DNA of 64,000 nucleotides from an uncultured Chloroflexia bacterium (GCA_963819655.1 CAWFXA010000003.1:608001-672000); one strand, 5' to 3'; counted from the first letter of the stretch, positions 9,251-19,014 are shown. Numbers and translations: made by a program. The notes: generated by a model not told the origin, from the sequence alone.

Positions 9251-11176
9251 CTAGAGCTGCGCGATCACCCCGAGCGCGACCCGGAAACCCGCACGCCGTT
9301 GGAGCGGTGGCATGACCGTGCATTGGCCCAGCGGGGCGTCGACCGGGAACCAGCGGACCCACTCCTCGTTGAACTCGTCGAAGTCGGTCGGGTCCTTCAG
9401 CGACCAGTTCGCCCACACGACCTTCTCGAGCGAGCTCCCGACGCCCTCGAGCCGGTCGCTCAGGTTGGCCATGCACCGGCGGGTCTGATCCTTGACCGAT
9501 CCCGTGACGACCTGGCCGGTGTCGTGGTCGACCGGGCCGATCGACGAGACGTAGACCATGCCGCCCGCGACGACCGTGCGCCCGTCGCCGACCGGCACGG
9601 CCGTGAGCTCGGCCTGTGACGACGTCCGCGCGCCGAACCGGCTCTTCTTGGGCCGTGTCGGGTTGGCGGGGTCCTCTGGCGGGATGCCGAACTCGCCGGG
9701 AGGCAGCTCGACACCGGCCCGCTTGAACTGGCCCATGAAGCTCGGGCGGATGCCGGTCGGCTTCAGGGCGCCTTCGATCTTGCCGTCCTTGTACCCGGTC
9801 TGGACGAACGTGAAGATGTCCTGGGTGAGGATCTCGTCGTCCTCGATTCCGTAGATCTCGGTGATGTTGACGATCTTGCGCGAGCCGTCCTTGAGCCGCG
9901 CTGTGTGGACGATCAGGTCGACGGCCGAGGCGGTCTGCTCGCGGATCGCCCGCAGCGGCAGCTGGTAGCCGGTCATCAGGACCATCGTCTCGAGACGACG
10001 GAGCATGTCCTTGGGGCTGTTGGCGTGTCCGGTCGACAGGGACCCGTCGTGGCCGGTCGTCATGGCCTGGAGCATGTCGAGCGCCTCACCCGCACGGCAC
10101 TCGCCGACGATGATCCGGTCGGGTCGCATGTGCATCGCGTTGCGAAGCAGGCTCCGGATCGTGATCTCGCCCTCGCCTTCGAGGTTGGGCGGCCGCGACT
10201 CGAGGGTGATGACGTGATCCTGGCGGAGCTGGAGTTCGGCAGCATCTTCGATGGTGACGATCCGTTCGTCGTTGGGGATGAACGACGACAGCACGTTGAG
10301 CGTGGTGGTCTTGCCGGACCCGGTGCCACCCGAGACGAACAGGTTGAGGCGTGCCTCGATGCATGCGTGGAGGAAGGCGAACATGTCGGGCGTGGCTGTG
10401 CCGAACTTGATCAGATCATCGACCGTGTACGGCGTCTGGGCGAACTTGCGGACGGTGATGACCGGACCGACCAGCGACAACGGCTCGATGACGGCATTCA
10501 CGCGCGAGCCGTCGGGCAGACGGGCATCGACCCGCGGGCTGCTCTCGTCGATCCGCCGGCCGAGCGGGGTGATGATCCGGTCGATGACGCGGAGGACGTG
10601 CTCGTCATTGAGGAAGACGCTATCGATGCGCTCGATCTTCCCGCGCCGTTCGATGTAGATGTGGCTCGCACCGTTGACCATGACCTCGGTGATGGTCGGA
10701 TCGGCAAGCAGGGGCTCGAGCGGCCCGAAACCGGTCACGTCGTGGACCATCTCGCCGACCAGGCGCGATCGCTCCTCGCCGGTGACGGCGAACCCGAACT
10801 GGCCGATGACACGATCGACCAGCCCTTCGATCTTGCCTTGGACGTCGGCTTCCTTGGCGTCGAGCAGCGTCGCAAACGCCCCGACGACCTCGGTTTGCAG
10901 ACGAAGCCGGACTTCCCGGATGAGGTCGTCACGGACAGGCGCGGGCGCCGGCCTCAGGCCGCTCTGCACCGGGTGGGCCATGGGCACGGGAGCCAGGGGC
11001 CGCGATTCGTCAGTGACGACCGGCGACACCGACTGTGCCGCGACGAGCGCCACGTCGGCCGGTTGCGCTTCGCGAGATTCGGTGTCAGGAGCGTCGGTGC
11101 CGGGCGGTGCCGCCGCGGCCGCTTCCGAAGCCTTGATCGCTTGCTGCGCGCGCTCCATCCGTTGAAGCAGCGACAT
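9251..11176 (-). CDS. cpaF: CpaF/TadA pilus assembly ATPase fused to a C-terminal Rid (YjgF/RidA)-like domain
   Basis: [24 protein letters not shown], Walker [29 protein letters not shown], His box [13 protein letters not shown]; last ~115 aa ([34 protein letters not shown]) is Rid-like. Confidence 0.9.
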   Translation of the reverse strand: MSLLQRMERAQQAIKASEAAAAAPPGTDAPDTESREAQPADVALVAAQSVSPVVTDESRPLAPVPMAHPVQSGLRPAPAPVRDDLIREVRLRLQTEVVGAFATLLDAKEADVQGKIEGLVDRVIGQFGFAVTGEERSRLVGEMVHDVTGFGPLEPLLADPTITEVMVNGASHIYIERRGKIERIDSVFLNDEHVLRVIDRIITPLGRRIDESSPRVDARLPDGSRVNAVIEPLSLVGPVITVRKFAQTPYTVDDLIKFGTATPDMFAFLHACIEARLNLFVSGGTGSGKTTTLNVLSSFIPNDERIVTIEDAAELQLRQDHVITLESRPPNLEGEGEITIRSLLRNAMHMRPDRIIVGECRAGEALDMLQAMTTGHDGSLSTGHANSPKDMLRRLETMVLMTGYQLPLRAIREQTASAVDLIVHTARLKDGSRKIVNITEIYGIEDDEILTQDIFTFVQTGYKDGKIEGALKPTGIRPSFMGQFKRAGVELPPGEFGIPPEDPANPTRPKKSRFGARTSSQAELTAVPVGDGRTVVAGGMVYVSSIGPVDHDTGQVVTGSVKDQTRRCMANLSDRLEGVGSSLEKVVWANWSLKDPTDFDEFNEEWVRWFPVDAPLGQCTVMPPLQRRAGFRVALGVIAQL

Positions 11177-11384
11177 GAACGGGACCTCCCCCTTGAGGCT
11201 GAGCCGAACATCCGGTATGCGTCGCCGGGCGTCCCCCCGACGGTCCTGGGTACTAGTGAGGATAGGCCAATCTTCCTATGCGGCGGGTTGCGCGAACGCA
11301 CCAAACAGCGGGAATGCGTTGCTCCGGGGAGACTCGTCGCCCGGTTAGGTGCAGCGTGATGCGGTTATCCCCTCCCCGAAGACG

Positions 11385-12365
11385 CTACGGCAGCACCACG
11401 ACCTTGCCGCGTGCGAGCCCGTCGTTGACGTGGCGGAGCGCCTCGACGACCTCGGTGAGCGGGTAGCGCCGGTCGATGAACGGCTTGAGGTGGCCGGCAG
11501 CGATCAGCTCCTTGAGCTTGTCCACGTCGGGCGGGTTGAATGGCTTCCACCACAGCACGAGCCCCGAGTAGCGGTCGCTGGCGAGTGACAGCGGCGGTCC
11601 CAGCAGCATCGCCTGGAGGAGCGGTCCTGACGTCCCGCCCAGCGTGACGTACACGCCGTCGGGCCGCAGCGCGCGACGCGCTCGGAGGATCGACTGATGG
11701 GAGTCCGTATCGAGGATCCAGTCGTACCGTTCGCCGGTCGTCGTGTAGTCGACCTGGGTGTAATCGATCACGTGGTCTGCGCCGAGCGAGCGGACGAAGT
11801 CCACTTTGGACGTACGGCACGCGCCGGTCACCTCGGCGCCCAACCACTTGGCGATCTGGACCGCGAACGGGCCGACGTTGCCCGATGCGCCGTTGATCAG
11901 CACCTTATCGCCAGGCCTAGGCGTTCGGCCCTTCCGCAGGCGCAGGCCTTGGAGAGCGAGGATCGCGGAATGCGGAAGCGTCGACGCGTCCTCGAAACTC
12001 ATGCCGACCGGCATCGACTCGAACTTCTTCTCCGGTGCGGACACGAACTCGGCGAATGTGCCCCCGACGTTGCCGAAGAGGTCGGCGAAGACCTCATCGC
12101 CCGGCTTGAAGCGGGTCACGTCTGGCCCGACAGCTTCGACCACGCCGGCGACGTCGATCCCGACGCTGGTGTTCCTCGGCGCTCGCAGGCCGATGAACAG
12201 ACGCACAAACCCTGGCCGCGGCGTCAGACCATCGAGGTCGGCCCGGTTGACCGACGCGGCGCGCACACGGACGAGCACCTGGTCATCGGTCGGTACGGGA
12301 CGCTCGACCTCCCGGATCTCGACGACCTCCGGCGGTCCGTAACGCTCGCAGATCGCGGCCTTCAT
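11385..12365 (-). CDS. NAD(P)-dependent alcohol dehydrogenase / quinone oxidoreductase (MDR family)
   Basis: MKAAICERYGPPE, VRAASVN, VLINGASGNVG, ARGKVVV. Confidence 0.9.
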   Translation of the reverse strand: MKAAICERYGPPEVVEIREVERPVPTDDQVLVRVRAASVNRADLDGLTPRPGFVRLFIGLRAPRNTSVGIDVAGVVEAVGPDVTRFKPGDEVFADLFGNVGGTFAEFVSAPEKKFESMPVGMSFEDASTLPHSAILALQGLRLRKGRTPRPGDKVLINGASGNVGPFAVQIAKWLGAEVTGACRTSKVDFVRSLGADHVIDYTQVDYTTTGERYDWILDTDSHQSILRARRALRPDGVYVTLGGTSGPLLQAMLLGPPLSLASDRYSGLVLWWKPFNPPDVDKLKELIAAGHLKPFIDRRYPLTEVVEALRHVNDGLARGKVVVLP

Positions 12366-13096
12366 GGTCTCTCCCAGACTGAGACGTGCTGACGGCTGTC
12401 GCTGGTGAACGGCTCGCGCTTCCAGCCGGCCCAGCGCTCGCGCACGCGCATGCCGGCCAGTTCCGCCATCAGGTCGAGCTCGGCGGGCCAGACGTAGCGG
12501 AAGGGGATCGACTGCAGCTCGATCCGTCCGTCGATGAGTCGGAAATGATGGGAGATCAGCCCCTGGTTCTCGATGTCGTACTCGTCGATCCCCCAGTGTT
12601 CGCCGCTCCAGTCGAAGACCTGGAACGTCTCGCCGGGCGGCAGGCGCTGAAGGCCGGGCACCCCGACCTCGATGACGAAACAGCCGCCGGGCTCGAGATG
12701 GGCAGCGACATTACGGAAGCAGGCCACCTGAGCGGCCTGGGTCGTCAGGTTCATGATGGTATTGCGGACGAGATAGGCGACCCTGAATGTGCCGTCGGCC
12801 TTTGCGGTCGCGAAGTCGCCGATCGTGACCGGGATCCGTGCCCCGTCTGGTTTCGCGTGCAGCCGCGCTGTCATCGCGCGCGACAGTTCGATCCCATGGA
12901 CCTCGACGCCGCGCTGTGCCAGCGGCAGCGCGATCCGACCGGTGCCGCTCCCGAGCTCCAGGGCGCGTCCGGTCCCGGCGAAGGCAGCGAGGAAGTCGAC
13001 GGCGGGCTCGACGACGGCCGGATCGAACAGGTGCGCCGTCGTCTCGTCGTAGGTCGCCGCAACACCCTCGCCGAAGTAGCCGTCCTGGTCCCGCAT
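12362..13096 (-). CDS. Class I SAM-dependent methyltransferase
   Basis: ALELGSGTGR motif I, HLEPGGCFVIE; ATGA overlap with the next gene. Confidence 0.9.
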   Translation of the reverse strand: MRDQDGYFGEGVAATYDETTAHLFDPAVVEPAVDFLAAFAGTGRALELGSGTGRIALPLAQRGVEVHGIELSRAMTARLHAKPDGARIPVTIGDFATAKADGTFRVAYLVRNTIMNLTTQAAQVACFRNVAAHLEPGGCFVIEVGVPGLQRLPPGETFQVFDWSGEHWGIDEYDIENQGLISHHFRLIDGRIELQSIPFRYVWPAELDLMAELAGMRVRERWAGWKREPFTSDSRQHVSVWERP

Positions 13097-13112
13097 CGGC
13101 CCGATCTACCCG

Positions 13113-14075
13113 CTAGCCGCGCGCGACTTCACGAAGGACTTTCCGTGGGTCCTTGCCGAGGTCGAAGCCCTTATACGCGGCCTGGCGAACGAGGCCGTCG
13201 CCCGTCCAGCCGGCGAACTCGGCGCGGATGACGAGCTCTGGTCGGAGCCAGAGGGCGTTCTTCGAGACGGCACGTGGCGGCGGCGATGCGAATGGTGGCC
13301 CGTCGGCCGCGAGGGGCGCCATCGCCGCGAGCAGCTCGGCGCGCCGGTCCTGCGTGAACCCGGCGCCGACCTTGCCGGCGTACTGCAACGCGCCGTCCTC
13401 GTAGACGCCGACAAGGAGCGCACCCAGATCGACCGCGGACCCGGTCCCGCGCGTCCAACCACCGACGACGAGTTCCTGCTCCGGCCGGATCTTGACCTTC
13501 TGCCACGTCATCGCGCGCTTCCCGGGGAGATATGGGGCGCGGCGATCCTTGGCCATGATCCCCTCGAGACCGCGTGGCTTGGCCGCTTCGAAGAACGCGA
13601 TCCCCTCCCCGGCGATGTCCTCGCTGAGCCGCACACGCGGATCGGGTCGAAGCACGTCCGCGAGGAGCCGGCGGCGGACCTCGAGGGGCTCGTCGAGCAG
13701 CGACCGACCGTCGAGGAACATCAGGTCGAAGACCTCGTAGACGAAAGGGTTGGCAGCGCCACCCCGCGAGCGGCCCTTGATCCGCTCCTGGAGAAGCGCG
13801 AAGTCGGGCTCGCCACGGTCGTCGAGGGCGATGACTTCGCCGTCCACGATGGCCTGCCTCGCGGAGATCCAGGTCGGAGGCTCGAGGAACGGCCCGAAGT
13901 ATCGCGTCGCGTCCTGCTGGCCCCGAGTCCACAGCCGGACATCGGTTCCGTCCACGACCGTCTCGACCCGGAAGCCGTCCCATTTGATCTCGAACGTCCA
14001 GTCGGGATCGTCGAATGGTGCGGCCACCAGGGTCGCCAACATTGGGGGGATGAAGTCGGGCATCGCGCTCTTCAC
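13113..14075 (-). CDS. ligD: ATP-dependent DNA ligase, LigD ligase domain (NHEJ)
   Basis: PMLATL, FEIKWDGFR (KxDG), IVDGEV, VFDL, LEGIMAKD, YAGKVGAGF; start GTG 14075 after TACCCT. Confidence 0.9.
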   Translation of the reverse strand: MKSAMPDFIPPMLATLVAAPFDDPDWTFEIKWDGFRVETVVDGTDVRLWTRGQQDATRYFGPFLEPPTWISARQAIVDGEVIALDDRGEPDFALLQERIKGRSRGGAANPFVYEVFDLMFLDGRSLLDEPLEVRRRLLADVLRPDPRVRLSEDIAGEGIAFFEAAKPRGLEGIMAKDRRAPYLPGKRAMTWQKVKIRPEQELVVGGWTRGTGSAVDLGALLVGVYEDGALQYAGKVGAGFTQDRRAELLAAMAPLAADGPPFASPPPRAVSKNALWLRPELVIRAEFAGWTGDGLVRQAAYKGFDLGKDPRKVLREVARG

Positions 14076-14165
14076 GTCGTCAGGGTAGTCCCGTCCACGT
14101 CGCTGTAGCAGACTCTGCAAACCGTGCGCGGTCAGCGAGGTTCGACCGCGCGCAAGGAGGTCGCC

Positions 14166-14600
14166 ATGTCTGGCCCGATCGTGTACGTCGACCGCTCGGA
14201 GATCGTGGAGGGTCGGCTCGATGAGTTGACGGCGCGGATCAGCGAGCTGGCAGCGCTAGTCGAGGCGGAGGAGCCGCGCATCATCTCGTACGCCGCGTAT
14301 CTCGATGAGGATCGCCGGGCGATCTCGGTGATCCATGTCCACGCCGACGCCGACTCGCTCACCACCCATTTCCGGGTGGCCGGCCCGGTGTTCCGGAACT
14401 TCGTCGAGCTCGTGCGGCTGCAGTCGATCGACGTGTACGGTGATCCGTCGGACGACGTCGTCGAACAGCTTCAGCAGAAGGCACGCCTGCTGGGCGGCGC
14501 CAGGGTCACCGTGCACCCGCAGCGAGACGGGCTTTGTCCGGCTTGGGCCCGTTGCGGTCCAGCGCGCGTCAGGAACCGTGTGACGCTGGAGGCGCAGTAG
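14166..14600 (+). CDS. ABM-like dimeric alpha/beta barrel protein; probable frameshift near 14530
   Basis: AAGGAGG RBS; VEAEEPRIISY...HVHADADSL...IDVYGDPS. Confidence 0.7.
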   Translation: MSGPIVYVDRSEIVEGRLDELTARISELAALVEAEEPRIISYAAYLDEDRRAISVIHVHADADSLTTHFRVAGPVFRNFVELVRLQSIDVYGDPSDDVVEQLQQKARLLGGARVTVHPQRDGLCPAWARCGPARVRNRVTLEAQ

Positions 14601-15481
14601 CCGAGGTCATCAAGCCACGGGCTGTGGCCCGCATCGGGCATGAGGACGAGCTCAGCGGTCCGGATCCGCGCCACGAGCCGCCGCGCCGTCTCGGCATCGC
14701 CGAACACGTCCCGTCCACCCCAGATGAAGAGCGTCGGGCAGGCCACCCGGGACAGGAGCTCGTCGCTCAGATCGAGAGCGGCGAGGCCGCGGATCGGCGA
14801 GATCAATGCTCGCGCTGGACCGATCTCATTGCGCATCGTGTCGGTGTGGCGAAGCATCGCGAGGTAGCAATCGAGATCTTCCTGGGTGATCCGGCCGTCC
14901 GTCAGCTTCGGCCCGTGGCCTAGCCGGCGGAACAACATGCGGACCGAGCGCTCGTTCGCCGGGAGCGAAGCCGCGAGACGACTCACGCCGGGAATGGTCA
15001 TCGCGCGCAGCGCCCACGGGAGATGTGCGATCGGGGCACCGACCGGCCAGCTGAACTGGACCATCCGGTCGATGCGGTCGGGAGTTGCCGCAGCCGTACG
15101 AAGCGCGATGTACCCGCCGAGTGACGTCGCCACGAGGTGGGTCGATGGCAGCTCGAGGGCGTCGAGGATGTCGACGACGAGCGTGTCGGCGATCTCGGGG
15201 AGGCTCGCCCGGTCGATGCGTCGTCGGATGGGCTGGCTCAGTCCGGTACCGGGTCGGTCGAGGATCAGGCAGCGAAAGCCATCGACCTTCGCCGCGAGCG
15301 TCGCCCAGCTCGCGCCGCTCGTGTTGGCACCGTGGATGAACAGGAGGGGCGGTCCGCTGCCGAGCTCCTGGATCCGCACATCGACGTCGTTGCGCTGGAG
15401 GTGGATCCACCGTTCGATCGGTTCGGCGTCGATGGATCGCCACAGCCGCTGCTCAGCCGCGCGGTAGGCAGGTTCATTCAC
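14471..15481 (-). CDS. Alpha/beta fold hydrolase
   Basis: LLFIHG, LDRPGTGLS, ATSLGG nucleophile elbow, IWGGRD, AGHSPW. Confidence 0.9.
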   Translation of the reverse strand: MNEPAYRAAEQRLWRSIDAEPIERWIHLQRNDVDVRIQELGSGPPLLFIHGANTSGASWATLAAKVDGFRCLILDRPGTGLSQPIRRRIDRASLPEIADTLVVDILDALELPSTHLVATSLGGYIALRTAAATPDRIDRMVQFSWPVGAPIAHLPWALRAMTIPGVSRLAASLPANERSVRMLFRRLGHGPKLTDGRITQEDLDCYLAMLRHTDTMRNEIGPARALISPIRGLAALDLSDELLSRVACPTLFIWGGRDVFGDAETARRLVARIRTAELVLMPDAGHSPWLDDLGYCASSVTRFLTRAGPQRAQAGQSPSRCGCTVTLAPPSRRAFC

Positions 15482-15485
15482 CGTG

Positions 15486-15872
15486 TCACGAGGCGCCGAG
15501 CGCCACGATCAGGCTGGTGACGAGCATCACGATCGCGACCGGGACCCAGATCCGTCGCTCCCCCGCGCTTGGTGTGATCGCATTGAGCACCAGGCTCAGG
15601 GCTGAGAAAGCGACCACAGCCCAGATCAGCCCGGGCAACGTGCGCGCCATCGATGGCAGGACGAGGCCCGCCGCGGACAGCACGTAGACCGCGAGGGCGG
15701 CGAGCAGGACTGCCTGCCCGAGCGCAGATACGCGCATCGCTCGCGGCATCGTGCCCGGATACCTGCCCCCCATCGCGTACTCGCCCCACGGAGCACCGAG
15801 CGCCAGTGCGAGTTGGAACACCACCACACCGAAGGTGACGAGCGCAAACAGGACCGCGGCGACGGTGGTCAC
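15486..15872 (-). CDS. Hypothetical 4-TM membrane protein
   Basis: FQLALALGAPWGEYAMGG...ERRIWVPV, four hydrophobic segments. Confidence 0.75.
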   Translation of the reverse strand: MTTVAAVLFALVTFGVVVFQLALALGAPWGEYAMGGRYPGTMPRAMRVSALGQAVLLAALAVYVLSAAGLVLPSMARTLPGLIWAVVAFSALSLVLNAITPSAGERRIWVPVAIVMLVTSLIVALGAS

Positions 15873-15914
15873 CTGCTCAGCGTAGCCGTCGGCATGAACG
15901 GCCGACGGGTGCCG

Positions 15915-16532
15915 TTAGCTCCGCTTCGTGCGTTTCGGGCGCCGACGCGCCGCCACGTCGTCGTTGGTGCGTCCCGTCTTGACGCTCTCCGGGTAGTCCT
16001 CGGGATCCCAGCCGGAGACGGCGTCGTCGTCGCGACGCTTGATGAGGAGCCACTGGTCCTTGCCGCCTTCGGACCATGCCATCCGGACGAGGACGAACGC
16101 GCCGCGCAGCTTGTCGCCCTCGAGGGTCACCTTCAGTTCGCCGTCCCGGATCGCCTTGGCCGCGTCCGGCGAATCGGGATCCGCGGTCCAGCGTCCCCAG
16201 TCCCAGACGATCACGTCGCCCGCACCGTATTGCTGGTTCGGGATGACGCCTTCGAAGTCGAAGTACTCGATCGGATGGTCCTCGACATGGACCGCCAGGC
16301 GGCGATGCCGCGGGTCCAGCGATGGACCACGCGGGATCGCCCACGACACCAGCACGCCGTCGATCTCGAGCCGGAAGTCGTAATGGAGACGGGTCGCTCG
16401 GTGGCGTTGGACGACGAAGCGTCCGCTCGTCGTCGCCGATCCGTCTTCACTGGAGCCGCCCTGGAGCGGCTCACCGCGCGGCTCGGGCGTCTGTCCGAAG
16501 CGACGCTTGCGCCGGTATGTGTCGAGCGGCAC
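15915..16532 (-). CDS. LigD 3'-phosphoesterase (PE) domain protein
   Basis: YRRKRRFGQTPEP, FVVQRHRATRLHYDFRLE, SWAIPRGPS, RLAVHVEDHP, QWLLIK. Confidence 0.9.
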   Translation of the reverse strand: MPLDTYRRKRRFGQTPEPRGEPLQGGSSEDGSATTSGRFVVQRHRATRLHYDFRLEIDGVLVSWAIPRGPSLDPRHRRLAVHVEDHPIEYFDFEGVIPNQQYGAGDVIVWDWGRWTADPDSPDAAKAIRDGELKVTLEGDKLRGAFVLVRMAWSEGGKDQWLLIKRRDDDAVSGWDPEDYPESVKTGRTNDDVAARRRPKRTKRS

Positions 16533-16534
16533 CG

Positions 16535-17377
16535 TCAGGCGGGTTCCGACTCGCTCGGGCGCGCAGGAGCAGGACCTGTGGCCTCCAGGCGTCGGTAACC
16601 CCCGAATGCGACGATCGCGATCGCGATCACGGGCCACACAACGCCCCGGACGGCCCACGCGAGTCCGGGCTCGACGCCGCCAGAGATCGGAACGAGGCCG
16701 TTGAACAGCGCGTGCACCAGGGCCGCCATGAGCACGCTCCGACCTGTGCCGAGATACACCCATACGAGGACGACCGACATCGACATGATCTGGGTTGCCA
16801 TCGACCAATAGGCCGCACCGGCATTCATCTGGCCGGGCAGGAAGAGTCCGATGTGGATCAGCGTCCATGGGACGCCGAGGACGAGCGCTGTTCTCAGCGG
16901 GGACATGGTCGTCAGCGCCCTCGGGACGGCGAACCCGCGCCATGCCAGCTCTTCGGTGATCGCGGGCAGGAGCACCACGAGTGGCACGATCAGGATCGCG
17001 GGGAACAGCCCGTCGAACAGGCCAGCGACCGGCTCGCCGAGGGCGATGGCGACGATGTCGACGGCGAGAAAGGCAGCGAGCGGGAGGAGGAGCACGGCAT
17101 ACCAGATCGGTCTGCCTGGGAGGACGGTCATCTGGCGCAGGAGTTGGCGGACCGCTCCTCTGCCCTCCCGCCAGGCCAGACCGATCGCGATGACCGCTGG
17201 CGCGAGCGCGAGGGGGAACGCGAGGAGGTTAGGGTTCGAGCCGGTCGCCACGACGGCCACCGTCGCCGCGAAGGAGAACCCGAGGGTGATGCCGACGAAC
17301 CAGATGACGCTGGTGAACAGGTCGCGGCTGGACGGAACGGCATCGCCGCGCGCCGCGGTTGCGGTGTTCGTCGCCAT
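16535..17377 (-). CDS. CPBP (CAAX/Abi) family intramembrane metalloprotease
   Basis: EELAWRG, WTLIH, HALFN motifs, multiple TM helices. Confidence 0.85.
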   Translation of the reverse strand: MATNTATAARGDAVPSSRDLFTSVIWFVGITLGFSFAATVAVVATGSNPNLLAFPLALAPAVIAIGLAWREGRGAVRQLLRQMTVLPGRPIWYAVLLLPLAAFLAVDIVAIALGEPVAGLFDGLFPAILIVPLVVLLPAITEELAWRGFAVPRALTTMSPLRTALVLGVPWTLIHIGLFLPGQMNAGAAYWSMATQIMSMSVVLVWVYLGTGRSVLMAALVHALFNGLVPISGGVEPGLAWAVRGVVWPVIAIAIVAFGGYRRLEATGPAPARPSESEPA

Positions 17378-17491
17378 GACGGGACCCTCCCCGGCCAAGC
17401 CGACTCGTCATCGAACGAGCCGGTGACGCACACCCAGCGTACGCTCCCGGTTCCACTCCACTCTGATCAACCAAGGAAGGATGGTTCGACG

Positions 17492-18085
17492 GTGAGGAGG
17501 ATCCACGTCAACAACAACGTCACGCTCGACGGCGTCATGCAGGCGCCCGGCCGGCCGGATGAGGACACGCGCGGCGGGTTCGAGTTCGGCGGGTGGGCTG
17601 GGCCCTATTTCGACCCGGTCATGGCGGAATCGGCCGGTGAAGGCATGGCCGGCCGTGGCGCCATGCTGTTCGGGCGACGCACGTACGAGGACTTCGCAAC
17701 GGTGTGGCCGAACATGCCGGACGACAACCCGTTCGCCACGTTCCTCAACGAGTCCGAGAAGTTCGTCGTATCGCGCAGCCTCAAGGAGCCCCTCCCGTGG
17801 GCGCATTCGACGCTGCTCGAGGGAAACGCTGTCGAGTCGGTGGCGCGTCTGAAGGACAGCGACGGTCCGGACCTCGTGATCCTCGGCAGCGGCGAGCTGA
17901 TCCGGTCGCTCTTGCCCCATCGCCTGATCGATGAGATCCGGTTGCTGATCCACCCGCTCGTGCTCGGGAAAGGACGCCGCCTGTTCGAGGACGGCGACAC
18001 CTACGCCCGGTTCGAGCTCGTCGACACGAAGCCGACGACGACAGGCGTGATCATCGCGACGTATCGACCCGAGACCGCCGCCTAG
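17492..18085 (+). CDS. Dihydrofolate reductase / RibD C-terminal family protein
   Basis: VTLDGVMQAPG, LFGRRTYE, GSGELIRSL, HPLVLGKGRRLF; AAGGAAGG RBS. Confidence 0.9.
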   Translation: MRRIHVNNNVTLDGVMQAPGRPDEDTRGGFEFGGWAGPYFDPVMAESAGEGMAGRGAMLFGRRTYEDFATVWPNMPDDNPFATFLNESEKFVVSRSLKEPLPWAHSTLLEGNAVESVARLKDSDGPDLVILGSGELIRSLLPHRLIDEIRLLIHPLVLGKGRRLFEDGDTYARFELVDTKPTTTGVIIATYRPETAA

Positions 18086-19014
18086 ATCGAGGCGGCCTCA
18101 CGCGCGGAATCGATCGCCTGACGAGCTTCGGCGGCTCCGGTGGTGATCCGATCGACCGCGTGGTCGACGCCCTGCCGACCGAAGACGACCGACTCGGCAC
18201 GGCCGTAGGCGGCGAGCATGTTGCGGACGAGTCGTGCCGGCTCGCTCGGGACGTGCCCGATCATCGCGAACGTCTTCTCGGCCTGGATGCCGTGCTCGCG
18301 GAGATGCGAAGCCCAGCGGCCCAGACGGAAGCCGACCGTCACGGGGAAACCCGACCACCGGGCGCCGCGCTCGAGCCGATCGTCCGGCAGGCCGGCCAGG
18401 CGCTCGGCGCTGAGATCGAGGATCGCGTCAAGGCGCGCACGTAGGTCGTCCAGGGCGCCTCTGGCCTCGGTCGTGGCCTCGTCGGGCAGCGCGGCCCAGA
18501 AGGCGTCGGGTGCGCCCTTCGGTAGTGCCGGGTCGTTCGCGTCGTGGTCGTGCGTCTGCCACCAGGCCGTGCCCCAGCCATATGCGCGCTGGCTGGAGAT
18601 GACATGCCCGAGGGTCAGGCGGATCGACCACTCCCCTCCCCCTGGATCGGCGTCGAGCAGCGCGTCGTCGAGCGGCAGCAGGATCCCGTGGAGATCCCAC
18701 CGTGCCGCCGTCGCCGGACCGACGATCCGCGCAGCGTGTCGCTCGCTAGCCTCCGTGGCAGCGACTACGCTACGAGCCTCGAGCTCGGCCTGCTCGAGCG
18801 CCTCGGCAGCCCGGTAGGCCCCGTATCGCACCTCCTCCTCGCTGCCACCTTTCCACGTCCAGGTCTTCGTCAGCGCCTCCTCCGGGATGGTCAACAGATC
18901 GCGAGCGGCGGCGAGGATGTCGCTCCTGGCGGCGGTCAGACCGGGTGGCAGGCGTCGCGCGAGCGACGGATCGGTGTTGTCGAGCAGCGGGGCGTCGAGG
19001 GTCGTATCGGTCAT
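18082..19014 (-). CDS. DinB/YfiT-like four-helix bundle protein
   Basis: GEWSIRLTLGHVI and SHLREHGIQ metal-ligand His pattern; TACACT-N7-ATG. Confidence 0.7.
   Translation of the reverse strand: MTDTTLDAPLLDNTDPSLARRLPPGLTAARSDILAAARDLLTIPEEALTKTWTWKGGSEEEVRYGAYRAAEALEQAELEARSVVAATEASERHAARIVGPATAARWDLHGILLPLDDALLDADPGGGEWSIRLTLGHVISSQRAYGWGTAWWQTHDHDANDPALPKGAPDAFWAALPDEATTEARGALDDLRARLDAILDLSAERLAGLPDDRLERGARWSGFPVTVGFRLGRWASHLREHGIQAEKTFAMIGHVPSEPARLVRNMLAAYGRAESVVFGRQGVDHAVDRITTGAAEARQAIDSAREAASI

Noticed and set aside
11177-11384. c-di-GMP-I/II riboswitch upstream of cpaF
   Set aside because: Lacks the GCAAA/GAAA tetraloop-receptor and kink-turn consensus; kept only as an unclassified structured leader.
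14104-14121. Palindrome TAGCAGA-C-TCTGCAA between ligD and the ABM-like gene
   Set aside because: Possible operator, but short, single-copy and with no cognate regulator nearby.
16322-17491. Long N-terminal extensions in the ORF track (587-aa DHFR, 691-aa Pip, 656-aa MurC, 699-aa GTPase, 342-aa PE)
   Set aside because: The extensions overlap neighbouring real genes; RBS or -10 signals and family motifs place the true starts downstream, so these are not fusions.
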